The notes under the pieces: model-generated
What the model saw: the letters and a program-made list of their open reading frames with translations, nothing else
The model's database searches: none
What the model was told of the DNA's origin: nothing
Program-made: the position numbers and the translations under genes
Shown here: piece by piece, positions 12,041 to 25,246 of the stretch
Numbering within the stretch: position 1 is the first letter of the stretch
Layout of the letters: the number at the start of each line of letters is the position of its first letter
Assembly (NCBI RefSeq): GCF_006345805.1
Contig: NW_021834929.1
Coordinates: 1-44,408, forward strand
Origin: Octopus sinensis
Taxonomy: Eukaryota
Length of the DNA: 44,408 nucleotides
Direction of reading: 5' to 3'

Positions 12041-13281
12041 ATAGCTTCTCAGTAATCTGATTTATATCCTCTCATAACAACAGTATATACACATACACAC
12101 AGGCCAACACATATATTTACACAGAAGACGAGGTCTATATAAATTTTTTTTGTATAATATTCACGTGTTTCATAAGATTATTAAGAGTGGAAAATATCAG
12201 TTTTGTATAGATCCTGGTTGCACTAGCAAACGCTGCAAGCCCCTTTCATCGACATTACTCTTTGTCGAATAATGGGGATGAATGGGTCCGGCGGCAGTCG
12301 TTCACGTAACTGAGTTTTATGCTCACGTAATTGATATTTGCCGGTTTTATGAAATATGTGTACGTTATATAAATCATTAATACCGACTAATATTTCTGGG
12401 TATTTTTTTTATATATCGGGAGCTGTCTCAAAACACTTGTCTGCCTGGAATTAAGATTGTCATGAAAATTTTTACATTCATTAATAATCACTCCGGAGAA
12501 TTGGAACCCCAAAATTTGCTTACTCTCATGTAAATTAAACAGGTATTGAAATGACATTTTAATCTTTAAAAATGCAGAGAATATTCGATGTAATATAAGA
12601 TAAAATGCCAAGACCCTAAATCAACAGGTAACATCTCAACTAAAAAGCAGAATTATGGCCACATACTTCACATAAGAAGTTTTCTCTTAAGAAAATAGCC
12701 AAGATTTCTAGACAGCCATCAACACAGTTCGAGTAAACAGGTTTTAGCAAGTTACGACCAGCTTAGCACTGTAATCTCCCTTAAAAGCAAATTTCATCCC
12801 TGCGTAATGCAGTAATACAATCTGTCAGAAAACCGATTGCGTGAGTAGATTTAAAGAATAAGAAGCGATTTTACGAGTGATCAACGAAGATAAGGCTTTC
12901 TATTATTTACCTATTATATAGCTTCACTCAAGACTTGTTAAACTCTGAGTAAGGTAGGGTTGATTAAGTATAGAATTTAATTCATTTATTGAATCTCCTT
13001 TTTTATTTTTTCTACGTAGATGTTAGTGTGGCTCTGTGAACATGTGAGTATTTGTGTGCGTGCAGGTGGGTAGGAGTGTGCATGTACATATACATTGGAT
13101 GCAGTTAATTATAACAATAGGTGAGCCATAATTCAAAGTAATGTCTCAGTAGATTAAGAGTGCTGTTCATAATCATTCAGTCCAGAATAATCATCTTGTA
13201 AAGAGTATTCAACACATCATATAAACATTATTTACAGTATTTGCATTAGACGTATATTTGTCCTCCTCTTGTTTGTTGTTA

Positions 13282-13325
13282 ACACAACGTTTCGGCTGAT
13301 ATTACCCACAGCTTTCACCAGGTGT
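13282..13325 (-). ncRNA. Minimal type I hammerhead ribozyme motif (one core substitution) inside a short repeat element (~13100-13367)
   Basis: Minus strand: ACAC-CTGGTGA-A-AGCTG-tgggtaatat-CAGCC-GAAAC-GTT-GTGT. Stem I ACAC/GTGT, stem II GCTG/CAGC, palindromic minimal stem III AACGTT. Core CTGANGA reads CTGGTGA. Confidence 0.7.
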
Positions 13326-14651
13326 AATTAATGTACATAATTCCTCATCTCTTAAATATAGAACTGCAACATCGTATAAAGGCACACGTGTACAGGCATA
13401 CGCATACATATAGAAATATAGATAAACATATATTTATGAGTATATGTATGTATCTCTCTCTTTGTGTGTGCGTGTATATATATATATGTATATGTAAATG
13501 TCAGTAAATGGTGGGGATGTGTTAACCGCACGTTGAGAAATGATAGGAAAGAAAAAATATTAAGGCAGAATGCTAAACTGAAGGCAAATTTTAATATACA
13601 TGGGTGTAAGAAAAATTAAAAAAGCAAATCAAACCGACTTTCATTGCAAGGCAAATTTTCAAGATGAGGAGGGAGAAAAAGTTTTTTTTTAAATGAGGAA
13701 GGGGGAAAAAATAATATTTTTTCAAAAAAATAATAATAAATATATACAAAAATTAATAAATAGTTATACCTATATATTATAGTGTCTTTATGTTTTTAAA
13801 GTTGAATATTATTCCATGGAAAAACGTCTTTGGAGGATTAGGATGCATGTACTTTGGTGTAGTGTTTTGTTTGAGAAGGTTGGATGTTTATGTATGTATA
13901 TATATATGTATATACATACATAAGTATATCTGTTTCTATATCTATCTACCTTTCTGCCTATGTGTCTATCTATCTGTATATCTAGTATTATATAACTCGG
14001 CTCTATGACATAAACAGTGAATTAAATTTTGGTTCAGATAACTATAATACTATAACAACAGAATAATATAGATGAATTAGAATCTGTGCATTTTATATAA
14101 TTCGAAGAAGATTCATCTGATAGCCTGATAATATAAAATATATGTCGTATGCTTAGAAAGCCAGAATCTATTCCAATTACCTATAAACCTAATACAAGCC
14201 TATTTAAATAATTTTCCATTGAGTATTTTGCTGAACAAGACAACATAAATTTTTTCATATCCGATTAAATGATTGCAACAATCAATCTCTTCCAATCATG
14301 ACGATATTTTCAGCTAGCTATGCACACACACACATATATATAATTATACACACATATATATAGGTATATACGCACACAATACATATATGTAGTTATAAGC
14401 AGTCGACATGATATCTTGAAAGTTGTGATATATTCAGCAAATATGGGGGAGTTTCAGACGAATGCTTTCGAAGTCCAAATATTTTTTTTAAAAGATCGCA
14501 TTTTGCAATATTCCAATTTCTGTTACATAAATATAATGATGACTACGTTTTATCTATAGCTATAGACGAAAACATTTTTTTAGGAAAGTATGTATCTCAA
14601 TTTCTGTTTCTATATATAAATATATATGCATGTTTATATACAAGACACGTT

Positions 14652-14702
<51 letters not shown>

Positions 14703-14872
14703 TTTCATGAATATGCTTATGCATATATACATACATGCACACCAAGGTACATAATTTACACAGGCGTATATTATTGTATAATGATTGTTACGTACATGAA
14801 GGTATTCAATATTCTCTTTATACGATAGAAATCTTAATCTGACATCACAAACATACATTCTGCCATGCATAT

Positions 14873-14924
<52 letters not shown>

Positions 14925-16240
14925 AAGGAATAATGTATTGATGATGCATAAACATTTATATGAAATATCTATATAGATAAATATACGTATATTTATCTAC
15001 ATCAAAGGAAAAAATTGCCTGTGTAATCAAAATTTCGGCTTACTGGGAATTTTTATTTGAGAAAATGTAATAAAGCAAAATTTCGAAGCCACCTTCAAAC
15101 TTTTCCTTACAAAACTTTAAGAATATGTTTTCTCTCAACAAAGATTAATGCAGATACACGCACACCTACATATAAGTATTTATGTGTGCGTGTGTGTGTG
15201 TGTAGACATGTAGATATGTATATGTATATATATCTATACATACCATGCTATTTTTAATCGGCACAGCGTGAAGGTATTCTTCGGTGACTCTACTAATTCA
15301 GATAGAGCAGCATATGCACTGCATAAACAATAGTAAAATGCAACAATAGTAAAATGCAACAATAGTTCAATAACCCACCTGCTGGATATAGCAAACATAG
15401 GCATCTAAATACCAACGAAATGAAAAGTACCAAGTACAGCCAAATTGTGATAGTAGAAAAGATTATAATATAGCTAACACAATAGAATCGTCGGAAAATG
15501 AAGTCAGAACTGACATATATACAAATAAATATTATACATGCTCATGCAGAGAAAAACCAAAATGCCCATTGATGAACTTGTATATGAGTACAAATCTTGC
15601 ACAGAAATGTACCATGCACACAATGTGGCGAGGTGTTGTATATTTACATTGGGCAAAGATCTGATTCATTTAAGAATTGTTATCACTACAATGTCGCCAG
15701 CTTCAAGAGAATCACGATTTTGTATGGCGACGGAAGGGAGATAAAACTAAATATAACATAACTCGGTCCATAGTAGTGCACGCAAAACCATACAATATCA
15801 TTTCCAGGATACGGTAACTCAGTTCCCAGGAATACCTGTCTATTTTTCGGTCCGTGAGATCATTAATAGAATTTCTGAAAAATTCTCCCGATTCCTACAT
15901 GCATATACATGTACCTCCACAGAATGCAGTGGGTATGAATTGGATAACTCGTAACAAGGTATGGATGAATTAAGTTTATAAACCAAGATGAATTAAGTTT
16001 ATAAACACCAAGTAGCAATTTAACTCTCTATGTGAACGTGTTCCTATGGTTACATCCTCGTAGATTCCTTATGAGCAAGGGTACATGCACCATGCAGCTT
16101 GTGAGAGGGCGTCGATACAGTCATGTCTGCTCCGCAGGATGCTCCTGCACTAATTGTTAAGTATCCCATCCGGGAAGATCGATGCTAGATGTGAAACAAT
16201 TATATTCTCGTATATTCTATATTTTGTCTTTTACCATGTG

Positions 16241-16278
<38 letters not shown>

Positions 16279-16710
16279 CGTGCATATATATGTATATATA
16301 TATATGTATGTGTGTGTGTGTGTGTGTGTGTGTTTGTATGCATATATATGTATGTATATAACTAATGTAGGATATGGCCAGCATATCAAAAATACCTTTA
16401 AAGGTCAAATTTACAAATAATTTACAAAATAAGGGCAAAAGAAAAATTCTATTGCCAAATATGCCGAAAAAAAGACAAAATAGTCAATAACCATTATCTT
16501 ATTTTGTAAATTATATGTATGTATATATATATATATATATGTCACTCTCTCTCTATATATATATCTATATATATTTATATATACATATAAATATGTATCT
16601 ATGCATTTATGTATATAAGTTCACACACACACATATATAATTGCTTTATATATATATATGAAAGGTATCGGTTAACCGACTTATCCATAACAAGATAATT
16701 CATTCAACTA

Positions 16711-16749
<39 letters not shown>

Positions 16750-16949
16750 GTGTGTGCGCGCGTGTGTGTGTAAGATCTTAATCTAGTTAAAGTGTATCAT
16801 TAATAAGATTCATATGCTATTATACAGAATGTTATATTTTTCATAAAGTACATTTATATGAGTATAATATCATTGCTTGGAATGTCTGAAAGATATCGTT
16901 TCCGTCATTTATTACTATCCTCTATATCCTAGTTATTCACCGAGCCTCA

Positions 16950-17840
16950 TGCTTCCGTTTCGCGCTTTGATTGTAAATGTTTGGCAAATATTGCTTATAT
17001 TGTTGCAAGCATTTGAATAAAAGAGACATTGCAAGGAAAACAAGACGTTATTTTGCACGGCCACTCTTAACCAAAAGTGATTTGAAATATTTTTCTTCCC
17101 TCCCAAAGGCCAGCGGTTATGCAGGTTCCTTATCGTTTTCTGAATAACCCATAAAAAATGTATTTGCAGAACAATTTGTTAACTTCATCAAGTGCATTGT
17201 ATATTTGTTCTATTGTCACAATATCGAGATACTTGTTACTGTACACTTAGAATTAGATTTCAATTCGAGGGATAACTTATTGGATATGTCTTCAGGGAAA
17301 AAGTCCTTCATTTTCATTACAACAAGCTGTGTAATCTCGTTCGTCATGCTTCTAGAGACATCTGTATCAGCATTTCTTTTTTCCAGATATACTGTGTATC
17401 CTGCTGCATATTGTTCATTTTTTTTTTCTTATTCGTTTGTTAATTCCAAAGTGTATATCCTACTTCTGCTATTTGGTAATACGACCACATAGAAATTGAG
17501 TTTCTTTACGCGAAATCGTAGTTTTCTTCTTGAGTTTCTTCGATATCTCATGAATTTTACATGCTGTCATGTACTTCCTTTTTGTTTTTGTTTTTCTTTG
17601 TAGATATCTCATTCTGCTTTACAGCCTTGTATATTGCCAATGAAAATATATGTTTTGCCATCTATCTTTCGCGACACTTTGATTTGCTAGTTGTTTCGTT
17701 GTTGTTGCTCGTTGAGATTTTGTTGTTGTTTTTGTGTTTCTTTGTATTATGGCTACTTTCATTTCTCCATTTCCAGTTGGTGTTATTTTCATTATCATAA
17801 ATTCTATCCACATCAGCAGATATAATCGATTACCGATCAA
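16950..17840 (-). pseudogene. Possible decayed LINE ORF1-like coding relic
   Basis: A-rich minus strand with a K/T/N/Q low-complexity start, then a globular-looking stretch VYSNKYLDIVTIEQIYNALDEVNKLFCKYIFYGLFRKR (~17256-17143). Many stops and frameshifts, no diagnostic motif. Confidence 0.3.
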
Positions 17841-18070
17841 GAGAAGATGTTTTATCTGTGCAATTCATGTTTCGCAAGTAAGTTCATAAAGCCTCTTGCA
17901 CTACGTGCACGCGTCCATGTATACAGAGACACACGCACACAGAAGCACACACACAGAGACGCACATATACAAACGCAGACATAAAAAATACGCACTCCCA
18001 AACCTACGTATGTATGATGTATGCATGTATATGTACAAAAAGAGAATACATATTCATGTGTTTGTGTCTA

Positions 18071-18107
<37 letters not shown>

Positions 18108-18251
18108 CATATACATATATATATAGACATATATATACATGTATATATACATATTATATATAGACATATATATATATATATTATATATATAAATCATATG
18201 TATATATGTGCATATATATATCATATATATTTCTTATGTAATTAAGTGTAC

Positions 18252-18302
<51 letters not shown>

Positions 18303-19097
18303 CATACATAGATATAGATATACACAAACATATTTATATCTGTAGATATACGTGCTGCGTATTTCTTCTTCCTGCAAGAAAAGTATATATATATATATAT
18401 ATTATATATAAATATTATAATATGTTTGTGTGTGTATATGTGTGTGAGTGTATGTATCATACACGCGTAGCTGTAGATATACATGATGTTTATCTTTTCT
18501 TCTTGAACGAAAAGAAACCATGTATAGAGGATTGGTACGATGGATTAAATTCTACCGAAATATATGTTGAATCCTTACATTATCGACAGAGAATCGATAA
18601 AAGACAACCCAGATAGCAGAAGGACGAAGCTGTAAAATTTCAAAGTCTTTTAATCTGGTGCTGCATTATTCCTGACAATTATATGCCTTCTTAAAGTAAT
18701 TATTGATCGTTTCTGATGAAAGAATAATTTTTTTGCTATTCCTCTTTATGTTAGAAGAGGCGGGATAGATTCATAGTCTTGTGAATAGCTAGCAGTATGT
18801 TAATAGTAATTTTCCTCATTTCTAATTAGTGAAATGCAAAACGCAGTTATTAATGAATCTCATTTCAGAAAATACTGTTAACATAATTACTAGTCGTTGT
18901 TGTTATTAAGTATTAGTAATATTATCAGGAATACGTCGAAGCCTTGACAGAGTAGTTGTCAAAACATTGGTACAAGTATTCCTCTTCTTTGACATGAGTG
19001 TTTCTGGAAATTGTTCCTAATGCCAAGTCTAATGTTCACTTGGAATAGATTACTCAGCCGACCTTTGCTATTGAAGTAATAGTAGTAGTAGTAGTGA

Positions 19098-19292
19098 CTG
19101 CAAATTTTGGCACAAGGCCAGCAACTTGACGGGAGGGGTTAAGTCAATTGCATCGATCCCGGTGTGAAACTGTTACTTGTTTTTTTCGAACACAACCTCG
19201 GCGACGTATGAACCATAAACGTAAATGCGGACGAAATGCTGATAAAATTGATGATGTCCAGTGTGTTTACGATTCTGCGAGCTCACCACCTT
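19098..19292 (-). mobile_element. Family A SINE, diverged and internally deleted
   Basis: Plus strand ends GATTCTGCGAGCTCACCACCTT (reverse complement of the family A head) and starts with the CAAATTTTGGCACAAGGCC tail. Confidence 0.85.
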
Positions 19293-19335
19293 AGTGATGA
19301 TGATGATATGATGATAATAAAAAATAATAATAATA

Positions 19336-19480
19336 ACTGCACACATCCTACGCAAAATACTTTCAATACAGTAACCATAAGAGCATCACAGCAAATCACA
19401 GCACATACTCAAGGCACACAGAGCTGCGCTCGGTAGTGAAGTGAAAGCACCCTATAAAAATAAAACTATTAAATAATAAT
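19336..19480 (+). mobile_element. Extreme 3' end of an R4/Dong-like LINE inserted in (AAT)n
   Basis: 19336-19374 translates TAHILRKILSIQ*, matching the GTAxILRKVL-type C-terminus of R4/Dong ORFs. It is followed by a ~100-nt 3'UTR and flanked by (AAT)n on both sides. Confidence 0.75.
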
Positions 19481-19486
19481 ATTAAG

Positions 19487-19646
19487 GGTTTCAAACTTTG
19501 GCACAAGGCCAGCAGTTCCTTGGAGGGGACAAGTCGATTACATCGACCCCCATTGTTCAACTGTTACCTATTTTTCAACCCCGTAAAGATGAAAAGCAAA
19601 GCCAACATCGGCGGAATTTGAACTCAGAATGTAAAGACAGATGAAA
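19487..19646 (-). mobile_element. Family A SINE, 5'-truncated
   Basis: GGCACAAGGCCAGC...AAGTCGATTACATCGACCCC...CGGCGGAATTTGAACTCAGAA. Confidence 0.85.
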
Positions 19647-20152
19647 TATAAGATTTTGTCAAAATTCATGTGTTATAAATAGGTCATTTCCCTACAATAC
19701 ACAAAACCATTTGTTAATTCCTAATAATATTTAATTATAAACATAAGAAGATTATTTAAAACGTCGAATGTTTATGGGGGTCCACCCGAGTAAAATGAAA
19801 ATGAAAGGAGCCTAGAGACAAAAAATGTTTGAAAAACCACTAGGGATGATATTAATAATAAGGTAAGGTATACTCCCTTTCAGTGTGATATGATTATACA
19901 AGCAATGCAAGGAGCGGTGAAGTAGGTTTCGGAATCGAAAGTGAAGCACTACCTGAACGAAACATCTCTAAGTGGTGTGTCGAAGATGAAATGTGCTCCT
20001 AAACCATGTCCGTTTTCTGAGTAAACACCACCAATAATTAAAAAGGAAATCTAATAAATGCTTCTAATAGAATCATGCCTATTTTAGTTCTTCAATCTCA
20101 TAGTATGTCGCCAATAGATTAGAAAACGAGTAATGTTACTACTGTTGCCGCC

Positions 20153-20255
20153 ACTACAACTACTACAACTACTTACTACTACAACAACTACTAATACAAC
20201 TACTGCTACTACTACTACTACTACTACTACTACGAGGAATGCTATTACTACTACT
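20153..20255. repeat. Imperfect (CTA)n array
   Basis: Direct. Confidence 0.95.
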
Positions 20256-20888
20256 GTTGCGTCTAATACTGATGTTGGAACTGGTGATCTTTCTGTTGGT
20301 GTCGCTAACATTTAAATTAACAGTTAGATTAAGCGCTCTCTTTTCTTTTATGCATCGTGAATTCATATAATTCATTGCTATTATCAATTCATAGATGCAG
20401 AAAGCATTGATATACTCGGTGCACATTGTAACCCAGTATGCTCATGTTCAACAGTAGCAAATTTAAAATGAAAGTGTGGCTAAATCTCACGCCATTCTAT
20501 TTCCTCAGAAGCTTGTAACAATGTTGCGACACTATTTCATTTTCAATCACTGCATTTTGAGTTGCATAATGTGCTAGCAAAGGAAAATACCAGAGAAACG
20601 CAGTTCCTGCAAAAGATAATGGTGTTGCTGTGAGATTGCAATAGTTACAATGACAAAAGGAATTAAATGTGGTCCATTGGTGAAGAAGACGAATTCATAT
20701 GGACTGTTACTTACAAGATATATAAGAAAAGACCAAGACCTGTGTAAGGGTGTACGCATAGCGCTGTATAGTTAAGATATCTGTTTCGCAAATGCGTAGC
20801 TGAAAATTCGATCCCATTCGGCGTCAAACGAGTCGACCCTATGGAGATCGAACACCAGTTCCTTTAATATGAACTAGCGTTAAATATT

Positions 20889-21350
20889 GGTTTCAAATTC
20901 TGGCTAAAGGCCAGGAATTTCTGGAAGTGGGATAAGTCGATTACATCGACCCCAGTACAGATAAAGAGGTGAAGTTACCTTCTCGAGTCAAACTGACACA
21001 AAAGGACCGGTTTCCAGGTTTCTATGGCGTATATATTCTCCACCTGTACGGGACACCGGTCCGTCGCAGGATTACTCATTTTTGCCCTGGAGTGGACTGG
21101 AGCAACGTGAAATGAAGTGTTTTGCTCAAAAACAAAACGGGTCACCCAGTCCAGGAATCGAAACCACACTCTCTTGATTATGAACCTAACACCTTAAATA
21201 CTAAGTCGCGCACCTCCACAATCGAGCCCGAAAGCTCAACTGCTACTTATTTCATTGACGCCGTTAGGATGTAAGTTGGAGTTGACCCAGGGGGCATTTG
21301 ATCTCAGAACGTAAAGTCGGAAGGAATGCCGCTAAGCTTTTTGTCCAACG
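20889..21350 (-). mobile_element. Family A SINE split by a nested family B SINE
   Basis: 20889-20958 (tail up to ATCGACCCCAGT) continues at ~21235 (CTCAACTGCTACTTATTT...ATTTGATCTCAGAACGTAAAG...GCCGCTAAG). Confidence 0.8.
20961..21219 (-). mobile_element. Family B tRNA/CORE-like SINE (nested)
   Basis: Reverse complement aligns end to end with 27094-27357 (TTGAGCAAAACACTTCATTTCACGTTGCTCCAGTCCACTC...CCTGCGACGGACCGG). Confidence 0.88.
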
Positions 21351-22767
21351 TTTGTCGCGTTAAATAGTGTCAAGTATTGTCTGTGTGTAATGTGATTGGC
21401 AGAAATTCATTCGGAGAACTGTTCATATTCTCTTGAGCCGTAGACGTCAGCCTTTATATTGTTGAACTGTGAGCAGTATTTATGGATGCAGTAATCATTT
21501 GAACGAGGTTTCTGGTGCGAGGATAGTTTCCGTTCCTCCTTTCACCACTTACAATGACTCTGAATAGCATCAATGGTGCTGGTCTCCATTCAATGATTAA
21601 TACAATATATCAATAGCGGTAGATGTGTCAAACTTTAGTGACATTTTTTTGTTGTTATTAATGAATCTCTTCCAATCGATCTGAAAAAAAAAAATTTATG
21701 TATGGGATGTTTCTATAGCGATCTAGTAATCCAATAAATATTCCATCAGATTTTTAGCACAACCGTCTCACGCTTGACTAATATTATATCAATTTACTAC
21801 AATGCTAGCAATCAGACAAGATATATATTTTTTGCAGACATTCACCTAGATGTCGGTCAACAGTCATTGAGAGCGTGTGTGGATATGGTGACAACCTCGC
21901 TTATTTATGACAATATTTTGTGATTAGAAATGAAGCATTTTCTGTCCTTATCATTTGAATTTCAGTTATGCTGTATGTATTATATCACAACAAGTAATGA
22001 TCTAATACTTTCCTGTTTACAATTTTAGTTCATTTTTAAGGAAATTATGCTTACTTGAATTTATTCTCCGGATGTTATCGAAATAAATATTATAAATACA
22101 CAAAAACATATCACTGAGTGCAGGGAATCTATTGTTAAATTTAGAACAAAATTTACTTCAAGACATTTCTAGCTCTGAAATCGTTAAAACCAAACATATT
22201 TCCCAGACTCAATTAGAAATATATCAGGTGTCATATAAGCAAAATAGAAAAAATATATTTGATAACAAGTGCAAAAAAAATAAACCGACAGCTGAATATG
22301 AAATTACATTGAGAAGAGTAATCTTATAGCCAAAAATAGCTTGAATATATTTTATAGCTTGAAACCACTCAGCATTGTCATATATTTCGCGAGGAACTTT
22401 CACTATGACAATTGCTAGAAGTGAGTGTTAATAGACCAAAGATAAAAATCCTTTGGGATATTCTCTTAGATCTTTTGTTGTCAATGGTTTCCAGTGGCAA
22501 CGGAGCAGATTCAAAATTTTATATTTATAAGAGTAGCATTTTGTCGTGGAAGGTCCTTCATAAACATATTTCTATAACTTCTCCCAGCAAATATTTTAGC
22601 ATTGACACATTGTCAATGCTTTATTACTTTCTGAGTGTAAACTAGCAGATGGACACTAAGTGGGTTACCCTCCTACATTTGTGAATTGTGCAAATGTGTA
22701 TGTATCCAGGTATTTATGTGCATATACATACATACACACACATATATATATATACGTCTGCGTCTGA

Positions 22768-22806
<39 letters not shown>

Positions 22807-23975
22807 CATATAGGACCTATAATCTGTTTATGTATATACATATGTGTGAGCGTGTATACGCAAACATATACACATATAACTGTATGTAAAAAGACAAATA
22901 TATAGATGTAGATATGTATATAGACATACACACATACAAACATATAGTAACCCTATACGTTTATACATATGTATTAACACATATTTATATAAAAAAAGTA
23001 TGCATATATATACATATATATCTGTTTGCGTGATGTGTAATTTTGGTATTTGGGTTTATGTCTGTGTGAAAATATATGTGTACATGAACACACACAAACA
23101 TGTATAATTACATATAGTAACTAATATATATGAGTGTATCGCCGTCATAAATAGCCGAGGAATCGAAGCCTAAAAAATGCAATGAAAAAAATGATCTCTT
23201 CGAACAGAGATTTCTTCAATATTTATTTATCAACTAATTCCAAAGAACATATGCTTCTCTCGCGTTTATATTGCAGTGCACGAGTATTGTTTCGTGCGCT
23301 TGTACCCATTTCCACTAAAAAAATATGTATTTTTACCATTTCCTGTAAAAAAGAAATATATGCGTACAAGATTATTTCTCTTATCCAAATATATGTTTGT
23401 GTTGTACTAATGTTATAAATCCTTATTATTTGCAATAAATTACTAATTAAGTTTCTGAAGATAATACGATATAAATTTTGAAATAATTCAGAAACAATAA
23501 AGAATATAAAAGGAGGTGTTAAGAAACCCTCGAACAGTGACTTTAATGAACTAATTACTAAGAATCCTTATTCTTTATCTATTTCAGGCAAATTAGGAGA
23601 AAGCGTTAATGATATTATCGACTCAAAAGAAAGCCATAGAAATTGGGAACGGATTCAACAAGTAAAATTTCCAATATCGCATTAAATAAATTCAATGTTA
23701 TATAAAATTACACCGAAGTGGCACCGAAGATTATATTCATTACGTTCGAGTACTTTCCATTAACGGAATGTACGGATTAAATGAGATCTCGAGACTTTAT
23801 ATAATTATAATTTAAATGCATTATCCACTATTTAGATTAATATGAGTTTATGTAATTAGAAAAAGTTGAGAGGAATTTTGAAGTATAAATTGGGGAATAC
23901 TAATATAGAGAAGATAAAACAAAAGTTACACTTAAATTGAAAGGAAATATGGTCTCTCCAAATTATATAATGTTG

Positions 23976-24130
23976 GGCAGAATCGTTAGCACACCCGGAA
24001 AAATACCTAACGGTATTTAGTCCGTCCTTACGTTCAGAGTTCAAATTCCGCAGAGGTCGACTTTACTTTTCATCTTTCAGGGATCGATTAAATGAGTACC
24101 AGTCGAGCACTATGCTCGATGTAATTGGTA
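23976..24130 (+). mobile_element. Family A SINE, 3'-truncated
   Basis: GGCAGAATCGTTAGCAC...GAGTTCAAATTCCGCAGAGGTCGACTTT...GAGTACCAG. Confidence 0.88.
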
Positions 24131-24620
24131 ACAAAAACAGGTCAGTGGAATCATACAACAAACCAAATATGGTAACAAACATGGAGGACCGTTAGGCCAG
24201 TCGAGGTAAGGTAGCGAACGCTGGAGGAATATTCTTTGACAAGAAAAAAATTGCTATACCGATCATTCCGCTTCTGCAACTCAGCGCTGCATCTGTGTGT
24301 AACGTAACGGAATATAGGTTAGTTTCAAAACATTCATGTCCACGCCATAAGAGCAAAGTTTGAAGGGAAATTCATTTTTTTTTATTTCTAGACAGAGACA
24401 AAGAGGAAATAACACCTAGTAACCAAAGACAAAATAAATAAATAAATATGTAAATTTTCCCACTGCGTTATATATATGTATATTTGTGTCTCTATATATG
24501 CACGTTTGAATGATTATTTCATTGGCATTTATGTGTTCATGTATAATTCTACATGTTTTTGTATACATTTGTGTATATAGGCATCTAGAACACACTGAAA
24601 TATATTTCTTCCGAGATTCT

Positions 24621-24777
24621 AGGAGTGGTTGTGTGGTAAGTAGCTTGCTTACCAACCACATGGTTCCGGGTTCAGTCCCACTGCGTGGCACCTTGGGCAA
24701 GTGTCTTCTACTATAGCCTCGGGCCGACCAAAGCCTTGTGAGTGGATTTGGCGGATGGAAACTGAAAGAAGCCCGTC

Positions 24778-24830
<53 letters not shown>

Positions 24831-25102
24831 CGTGTATATATGTATGTATATGTGTGTATGTTTCTGTGTCTGTGTTTGTCCCCCCTAAACATCTCTTGAC
24901 AACCGATGCTATTCTGTTTACGTCCCCGTAACTTAGCGGTTTGTCAAAAGAGACCGACAGAATAAGTACTAGGCTTACAAAGAATAAGTCCCGAGGTCGG
25001 TTTGGTCGACTAAAGGCGGTGCTCCAGCAAGGCCACAGTCAAATGACTGAAACAGGTAAAAAGAGTAAAATAAAAAGAGAGAGAAAGAGAAAAAAGAGAG
25101 AG
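24621..25102 (+). mobile_element. tRNA-derived SINE (family C) with internal (TA)n(GT)n and purine-rich tail
   Basis: AGGAGTGGTTGTGTGGTAAG...GGTTCAGTCCC...CCTTGGGCAAGTG head. Internal microsatellite at ~24779-24875. The tail GTCAAATGACTGAAACAGGTAAAAGAG is shared with the 27745 and 40935 copies. Confidence 0.9.
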
Positions 25103-25161
25103 TAGCATCTCAGCAACTTTAATCGATTTTGGAAATTAGTATATTTTCCTTACAAGCTCCC

Positions 25162-25246
<85 letters not shown>

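Noticed and set aside
16170-16205. GAAGA...GAAACAATTATA next to (TA)n
   Set aside because: Possibly another decayed hammerhead, but too many deviations to call.
22598-22620. 10-bp perfect hairpin AGCATTGACA/TGTCAATGCT
   Set aside because: About the length expected by chance in 44 kb of AT-rich DNA.
22412-22645. WKVLH motif suggestive of an L1-type C-terminus
   Set aside because: One short motif without neighbouring RT or zinc-knuckle evidence.
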